Made by a program: the position numbers and the translations under genes. A stretch of 64,000 bases of DNA from Leptolyngbyaceae cyanobacterium. Lineage in GTDB: Bacteria > Cyanobacteriota > Cyanobacteriia > Phormidesmidales > Phormidesmidaceae. The stretch's first letter is position 1; each line of letters starts with the position of its first letter. Under the pieces are notes generated by a model. That model was not told the origin of the DNA and ran no database searches. It saw only the letters and a list, made by a program, of their open reading frames with translations. Shown one piece after another: positions 58,182 to 64,000 of the stretch. Location: contig CBDHHL010000025.1 of assembly GCA_965263355.1 (NCBI GenBank), forward strand, positions 1-64,000, written 5' to 3'.

Positions 58182-60524
58182 ATGCATTGGTTGTTTACCC
58201 TTTACCACTGGCGATTCTGGTACCATCGTTCAATTCGATGGCGAGCGTGCATATTAGGTGCGTTGGCTTGTGGTTTGGTGGTTATATTCCAGTTGCGATC
58301 GCCAATAATTGCTGCCCCCAATAGCCCACTTCAACAGGCCCAAACGTTTAACGCCCAAGGTCAACAGGCCCTCACCTCAGGTCAGCCCGAAGCTGCCCTA
58401 AAGTATTGGCAACAGGCCGAAGAACAATACCAAAATGCTAACGATCAGCAGGGTCTGTGGGGGAGTCAGCTTAACCAGGCCAAAGCCCTGCAAAGCCTAG
58501 GATTTTATCGTCGTGCCCAGGCCCAACTGTTACAGCTGAGTACAGCCCTCACAGCCGCCCCCTCGTCCCTACTCAAAGTCAATGTCTGGCTCACCCACGG
58601 TCAGGGATTACGTCTTCTAGGAGAACTATCTGACTCCCAAACCTATCTAAAGCAAGGGTTGGCTATAGCCCAACAGCTAGGGGATAGTTCCTATGAGCAA
58701 GTGGCCCATCTGTATCTAGGCAATACCCTGGCCGCCCAACAGCAATGGTCAGCAGCCAGAACCCAGTATGACCAAGCTGTGGCCCTGGCTGGTTCTCAAC
58801 AGCTTACAGCTCAGCTACGACAGTTACAAACCCTGCCCCATCTGGGTCGAGTTGCAGAGATACGTCCCCAAGCCCAGGCCCTGGTTCAACGGATTTCCCA
58901 GGAGCCATCCAGCGCTACCAAGATGCATCTGATAATAGACTTGACTCAATGGCTATTGCAGTATTCTCCAAAAACGTTGTCTGCTCTTTCACCTGAAGCA
59001 CTGCTGCAAACCGCTATTCAACAAGCCCAAAGCCTGGAGGATCGTCGGTCTGAGTCCTATGGATGGGGCTATCTGGGCCGCTGGCATGAACACCAACAGC
59101 AGTGGTCAATAGCAGCCCAAGAAACACAAACCGCGCTTTCCCTGGCTCAAACCCTGGATGCCGATGAGCTACTCTATCAATGGCATTGGCAGCAGGGACG
59201 GATTGCACGAGTTCAAGGAAAATGGCAACAGGCTATTGGTTACTATACTGCTGCCGTGGATAGTCTGCAAAACCTACGTCAAGAGATTGTTGCGATTACT
59301 CGGGATGTTCAGTTTTCATTTCGCGATCAAATCGAACCGGTTTATCGTGATTTGGTCAGTCTATTGCTCACTCCAGCCTCGTTAGACAATGGGTCAGAAA
59401 AGGACTCTCAAGCTGCTCTAGAACAAGTTCGTCAGGTACTGGAAAACCTACAGCTAGCCGAACTGAATAATTTTTTTAGTGAACCTTGTATTGAATCGAT
59501 TTCTCAATCTCTCGATACCCTAGATCCCACTGCTGCCATCTTATATCCCATCATTTTGCCCGACCAGCTAGCGATAATCTTATCTATCCCTGGTCAACCT
59601 CTATACTATGCGTCCACTGACTTACCCCAAGCCACCATCGAGGCGGGTATTCAACAGATGTTGGACTCTATGCGGGCCACTTCGTTTCTCCAAGAGCGAT
59701 TAACTGCGGCTCAGCAACTCTATCAGTGGTTGATCGAGCCAATTGAAAATGTTCTCCAAGTAAATGGTATTCAAACTCTAGCGTTTGTTTTAGATGATGC
59801 CTTGCGTAATCTGCCTATTGCAGCTCTCTATGATGGTGAACATTACTTAGTTGAAAACTATCAGCTTGCTATTTCACCAGGTCTACAGTTGCTCCAAATT
59901 AATGATGCTCAAACCCAGTATGCAGAGTTAACAGCTTTGGTGGGTGGCCTCAGTGTTGGAAAAGATAACCGTCCGCCACTAGTGGGTGTTAAACAAGAAG
60001 TTACTCACATTGAGCAACTACTCGATGCCCAGATATTGTTGGATGAAGCATTTACTAATGTGGCCTTAATTGACCAAGCCCAGCAACGGTCGTTTGATAT
60101 TGTGCATTTAGCTACCCATGCTCAATTTGGAGAGACGGATGCAGAGACGTTTATTGAAACCTGGGATGGAACAATCCAGATTAATCAGTTACGACAATTG
60201 CTTAGACAACAGGAGATCCGTGGATTGCCACCAACGTTATTAGTTTTGAGTGCCTGTGATACAGCCCAAGGGAATAATCAGGCTGTTTTAGGCATGGCTG
60301 GTTTGGCGGTACGCTCAGGAGCACAGGCGACATTGGCGACACTGTGGAGTGTTAATGATCAGGCGACGGCTATGTTTATCCAACAGTTTTATGATGGTCT
60401 GGTTAATCAAGGGATGACTAAAGCAGGGGCGATCCAGGCTGCCCAACAGCAGCTGATCCAGACACCCTCATTTCAACATCCCTTCTATTGGGCTCCGTTT
60501 GTTCTTGTGGGCGATTGGCTTTAG
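58182..60524 (+). CDS. TPR + CHAT (caspase-like peptidase) domain protein
   Basis: TPR-like helices, VHLATHAQF, LVLSACDT (His/Cys dyad), ATLWSVND, HPFYWAPFVLVGDW. Confidence 0.95.
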   Translation: MHWLFTLYHWRFWYHRSIRWRACILGALACGLVVIFQLRSPIIAAPNSPLQQAQTFNAQGQQALTSGQPEAALKYWQQAEEQYQNANDQQGLWGSQLNQAKALQSLGFYRRAQAQLLQLSTALTAAPSSLLKVNVWLTHGQGLRLLGELSDSQTYLKQGLAIAQQLGDSSYEQVAHLYLGNTLAAQQQWSAARTQYDQAVALAGSQQLTAQLRQLQTLPHLGRVAEIRPQAQALVQRISQEPSSATKMHLIIDLTQWLLQYSPKTLSALSPEALLQTAIQQAQSLEDRRSESYGWGYLGRWHEHQQQWSIAAQETQTALSLAQTLDADELLYQWHWQQGRIARVQGKWQQAIGYYTAAVDSLQNLRQEIVAITRDVQFSFRDQIEPVYRDLVSLLLTPASLDNGSEKDSQAALEQVRQVLENLQLAELNNFFSEPCIESISQSLDTLDPTAAILYPIILPDQLAIILSIPGQPLYYASTDLPQATIEAGIQQMLDSMRATSFLQERLTAAQQLYQWLIEPIENVLQVNGIQTLAFVLDDALRNLPIAALYDGEHYLVENYQLAISPGLQLLQINDAQTQYAELTALVGGLSVGKDNRPPLVGVKQEVTHIEQLLDAQILLDEAFTNVALIDQAQQRSFDIVHLATHAQFGETDAETFIETWDGTIQINQLRQLLRQQEIRGLPPTLLVLSACDTAQGNNQAVLGMAGLAVRSGAQATLATLWSVNDQATAMFIQQFYDGLVNQGMTKAGAIQAAQQQLIQTPSFQHPFYWAPFVLVGDWL

Positions 60525-60817
60525 AGAGTATTAATACGTCTTATCACTAGACCAACTAAACCTCGTTTATGCCAAGAGGTCAGTTGTTCCAACTTACAAA
60601 TCTCTTGGGTGATTCGATCCAGGACAATGGCGAGAACAACAATTCCCAGCCCACCAACCGCTGAGAGACCCACATCCAGTCGGCCTACGCCTTGGAGAAC
60701 CATTAATCCTAGCCCTGGCACTGCAATCATGGCCGTAATCACCGACATGCCCAAAGCAAAAAGAACCGTTTGATTGATCCCAGCTAAGATACTAGGCATA
60801 GCCAAGGGCAACTGAAT
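60521..60817 (-). pseudogene. proW: 3' fragment of a glycine betaine/proline ABC permease
   Basis: IQLPLAMPSILAGINQT...GLG..VLQGVGRLDVG...IVLDRITQ; N-terminal part missing. Confidence 0.85.
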
Positions 60818-61041
60818 TACGACAACAGCTGTGGACTCAGTTGAAGGAAATCGGCGGGGTTCATATCAATGGTCATCCCACGTCCTCCCATGTGCTCTTG
60901 GCCATGGGGCGTCCAAAGCCCCTGGCGAGTGCTTCGATTCGATTTGGCTTAGGCCGAGCCACAACAGCAGTGGACATTGAACAGGTTGTGAAACACACCA
61001 CACAAACCATTTAGACTCTGCGCACCCGGCAGCATGGGTGA
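60811..61041 (+). pseudogene. iscS: 3' remnant of an IscS/NifS-type cysteine desulfurase with an internal deletion
   Basis: LRQQLWTQLKEIGGVHINGHPT joined directly to SSHVLLAMGRPKPLASASIRFGLGR; SGSAC loop absent; TAG at 61012-61014. Not in the ORF track. Confidence 0.8.
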
Positions 61042-61062
61042 TGGATCGGGCTCCATGTCAAA

Positions 61063-61689
61063 TTAACAAACCCGATAGGTCCAAATTTGCAAATAAATAT
61101 CAGGCTCAGTTTCAGGATGATTCTGAAAGGGGTCTCCAGTTTCAACTAATGTCCATTTTTCTGCTGCCTCAAGCGCTGGGAGCTTGTCCTTGAAGTCGCT
61201 TTTTTCATAATAGTCAGGACGAATTGTAAAGATGATATGACCTCCAGGTTTCGTAATGCGAATCAGCTCATCAAAACCACTACTAGGCGCGTGACCAATG
61301 GTGAATGTTCCCACACTGACAACAGCGTCAAATGAATCCGAAGAGAAATTTAGGGGAGTGCCTAATATCCCCTGATGGAGGCCTGTATAAACATTCTTTT
61401 TGCGGGCTTCCTCTAACATACCGATGGACAAATCCATCGCTTCCAAATTGGTATAGCCACGCTGATGCAGAACCTGTCCCACAAGTCCCGTCCCCGCTCC
61501 AGCATCCAAAATTTTAGATTCTTGAGAAACGTATTTAGCCAAGGTGTCGACGGTTAATTCTGGACAGAGATAATTCTCAGGTGGTAGATCACTATCGTAT
61601 TTCTTCGCCCAATCATCATAGCGTTCAGCTAATTCTTGAGCATTTTTGGAACTGTAAACCCAATGGACATTATCTGTTTTTGTAGTCAT
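61063..61689 (-). CDS. Class I SAM-dependent methyltransferase downstream of the PKS
   Basis: YDDWAKKYD, ILDAGAGTG, DLSIGML, RITKPGG. Confidence 0.92.
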   Translation of the reverse strand: MTTKTDNVHWVYSSKNAQELAERYDDWAKKYDSDLPPENYLCPELTVDTLAKYVSQESKILDAGAGTGLVGQVLHQRGYTNLEAMDLSIGMLEEARKKNVYTGLHQGILGTPLNFSSDSFDAVVSVGTFTIGHAPSSGFDELIRITKPGGHIIFTIRPDYYEKSDFKDKLPALEAAEKWTLVETGDPFQNHPETEPDIYLQIWTYRVC

Positions 61690-61755
61690 GACTCTTGACT
61701 CGTGTAAAAGTTACCAAAGTTATCTTGTACAAATTACCGCCCTTGGGGCAGGTGT

Positions 61756-64000
61756 TTATACTTTTCTAACCAAATCAACCGTGAATTGTTGAGCTAAGAC
61801 ACCTACATGAGGTGCTTTCAACAGGGTAAAATGATCGCCTGGAACTGTCTGAACCGTCAGGGAATCAGACAGTGATTGCCAGCCCCAAGTAGGATCCGTC
61901 AGTGTTTGGATGGCGTTAGGCAAATAATCACCTAAAATTCCTATCTCCTGGGCGCGGATAAAGGTCATAGGAATTCCTTCGAGCTGCTGAGGCTGGTAAC
62001 AGGCGCTGGCTTGAGTATTTGCCTTATACACGGCCAAAGACCGCCTTAAGTCAATTGTAGTGATGTTCTGTCCTGCTGTTTGCAACGCCGCTAGTAAAAC
62101 CTTGATCGGATCGTTTGTGACGCTAAATTCAGTCGGTGAGAGTGCTAGCGGTTGATCCACTAACCCTTGATAAAACTTGGCGAGTTCAATGACGTATTGG
62201 GTATCTGACCACTGATCAGAGGTTTGCTCAATATCAGGAACTTCCCGCTGGATATCTATCAGAACTAATCGAGAAATCTGGTCGCCCTGAGCTTGCAATT
62301 GCTGTGCAATCTCAAATGCCACTTTGCCACCGAAGGAGTATCCACCTAGATAATAGGGGCCTTTGGGTTGCACTGCTTTTATAGCTCGAATATGGTGGGC
62401 CGCTATATCCTTCATATTAGTGTACGGAACAATATTCTCATCTAACCCAAGGGAACGAAGCCCATAAAAGGGTTGATCTGTTCCCAATGCCTGAGATAAG
62501 GGCTGAAGATCTAGAACTGTTCCTAAAATGCCAGAGGCACAGAAGATAGGTGGCTGAGAACCCTGGGGTTGAATCGGTACTATGGTCGAAGAGAAAGACG
62601 GTGAACTGTTGCCATTATGTTGGGGCACCGCTGATTGAGGAGAATTTTGCCTAAGACTGGTGCCTTCAGTCTCAGGAACAATCAGCTCCATCAGTCGATC
62701 AACCAGGGCTGTAATGGTGGGATAGTCGAACACTAGGGTTGTGCGCAGGTTGCACCCTAAACTTGCTTGAAGGTCGTTCCTCAATTCAACTGCTGCTAAG
62801 GAATCTAACCCCAAGTCTACCAATCGTTGATCCAGATCAAGTTCCTCAGCTGTTTTCAAGCCTAGAGTTTTTGTGACTAACTTATAAACATGCTTTAATA
62901 CCAGGTCTCGGCGCTGATCAGCAGGCGTAGTCTGTAAAATAACTCGGATATTCTGAGTAGCCGATTGAACGGTGACCACTGAGGCGACCTGCTCATAAAA
63001 TCGGGGACGTTGTGAGAACTGTTGCACCCACTTTGACCATTCAACGGGCATTACTCCAATTTGACCTGCAGCCTGCGGCAATAGTTGACCAAGGATAGAC
63101 AATCCAGCAGTCGGTGCAATGTTAGCCAACCCCCAGTCTGCTAAGCGGTCCTGCTGGTCTTGATTAAGGCGAGCACTCATACCGACTTCCCCCCAAGGCC
63201 CCCAGTTGATACTGACCATAGGCAACCCTAGGGACTGGCGATGATAGGCCAAGGTATCCATAAAGGCATTGGCCGCTGCATAGCTGGCTAACCCATGGGA
63301 CCCTAACAGCGAGGTTAAAGATGAGAAGCAGACGAAGAACTCCAAAGGCTGTTGTTGCGTCAGTTGTTGTGTTAGCTGATGTAGGTTCCAAGTTCCTTGG
63401 ACTTTTGCCGCTAATCCTTGGGCAAACCGAGGCCAATCTTGTTGCCATAGGCCACCAAACTCAACCACGCCTGCTGCATGGATAATCCCCAGCAGCGAGC
63501 GCTCAGACGCTTTCAATGCATCCAAAATTGCTCTAACCTGCTGGGCATCGGCAATATCTGCCTGGACAATAGTAATATCAGCACCTGCCTGTTCAAGCCT
63601 CTGAAGCTGTTGTTGCATATGGGGCTGAGCCTGACTCCGACCGACTAAAACCAACTGCCGAGCACCGTGGGCAACCAGCCATTCTGCCACCTGCAAGCCT
63701 AGGGCTCCCAATCCCCCTGTAATCAGATAAGACCCATCTGCATGGCAGGTGAACGATTGACCTGATAAAGCATCGTTGCGGCGTTTGAGTCGGGCAACAT
63801 ATCGGGTTTGGTTGCGCCAGATGACTTGCTCTTCGCCGTCCTGCGATCGCAATTCTGCCAGTAGAGAGGAGACCAGGGTTTCATCATGGGCTTGAGGCAA
63901 TACATCAACCCGAACACAATGCAGATCTGGATGTTCTAGGGCAATGACTTTGCCCATGCCCCAGAGAGGAGATTGAGCCAATCCAGGAACAGTTGTTGAT
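61756..64000 (-). CDS. Type I polyketide synthase terminal part (KR-ACP-TE); 5' end beyond the window
   Basis: ITGGLGALG, HAAGV, SYAAAN (KR); LGLDSL (ACP); GYSFG and GDHF (thioesterase). Confidence 0.95.
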   Translation of the reverse strand, partial: STTVPGLAQSPLWGMGKVIALEHPDLHCVRVDVLPQAHDETLVSSLLAELRSQDGEEQVIWRNQTRYVARLKRRNDALSGQSFTCHADGSYLITGGLGALGLQVAEWLVAHGARQLVLVGRSQAQPHMQQQLQRLEQAGADITIVQADIADAQQVRAILDALKASERSLLGIIHAAGVVEFGGLWQQDWPRFAQGLAAKVQGTWNLHQLTQQLTQQQPLEFFVCFSSLTSLLGSHGLASYAAANAFMDTLAYHRQSLGLPMVSINWGPWGEVGMSARLNQDQQDRLADWGLANIAPTAGLSILGQLLPQAAGQIGVMPVEWSKWVQQFSQRPRFYEQVASVVTVQSATQNIRVILQTTPADQRRDLVLKHVYKLVTKTLGLKTAEELDLDQRLVDLGLDSLAAVELRNDLQASLGCNLRTTLVFDYPTITALVDRLMELIVPETEGTSLRQNSPQSAVPQHNGNSSPSFSSTIVPIQPQGSQPPIFCASGILGTVLDLQPLSQALGTDQPFYGLRSLGLDENIVPYTNMKDIAAHHIRAIKAVQPKGPYYLGGYSFGGKVAFEIAQQLQAQGDQISRLVLIDIQREVPDIEQTSDQWSDTQYVIELAKFYQGLVDQPLALSPTEFSVTNDPIKVLLAALQTAGQNITTIDLRRSLAVYKANTQASACYQPQQLEGIPMTFIRAQEIGILGDYLPNAIQTLTDPTWGWQSLSDSLTVQTVPGDHFTLLKAPHVGVLAQQFTVDLVRKV

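Noticed and set aside
1..64000. CRISPR arrays, tRNA/rRNA genes, intact transposases or integrases
   Set aside because: No regularly spaced repeats or recognisable RNA-gene or recombinase motifs seen by eye; a covariance-model scan could still find small RNAs.

Overview
Cyanobacterial DNA, inferred from frequent HIP1 octamers (GCGATCGC) and the gene families present; probably a filamentous Leptolyngbya-like organism. Left to right: (1) a minus-strand YHYH / DUF4157 / YbjN / broken-DUF4157 cassette; (2) a membrane pseudokinase-PBP gene and an Omp85 gene; (3) a ~34 kb co-oriented signalling array (FIST, His kinase, three giant Ser/Thr-kinase-AAA-GAF-PAS-His kinases, a hybrid GAF/PAS kinase, a receiver, REC-PAS-GGDEF-EAL) with signs of recent module duplication, including a near-identical ~737 bp repeat; (4) a filamentous-haemagglutinin exoprotein; (5) an AT-richer island with gene and IS remnants and a five-gene small-molecule cluster: MppP/GntC-like PLP enzyme, LeuA-like synthase, di-iron sterol-desaturase-family enzyme, MFS exporter, methyltransferase; (6) DUF4231/SLATT and CHAT genes, two MITE-like elements, fused proW/iscS remnants, a methyltransferase and the KR-ACP-TE end of a type I PKS. 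The five-gene cluster is the best candidate for an undescribed system. All family calls come from motif recognition by eye; no searches were run.
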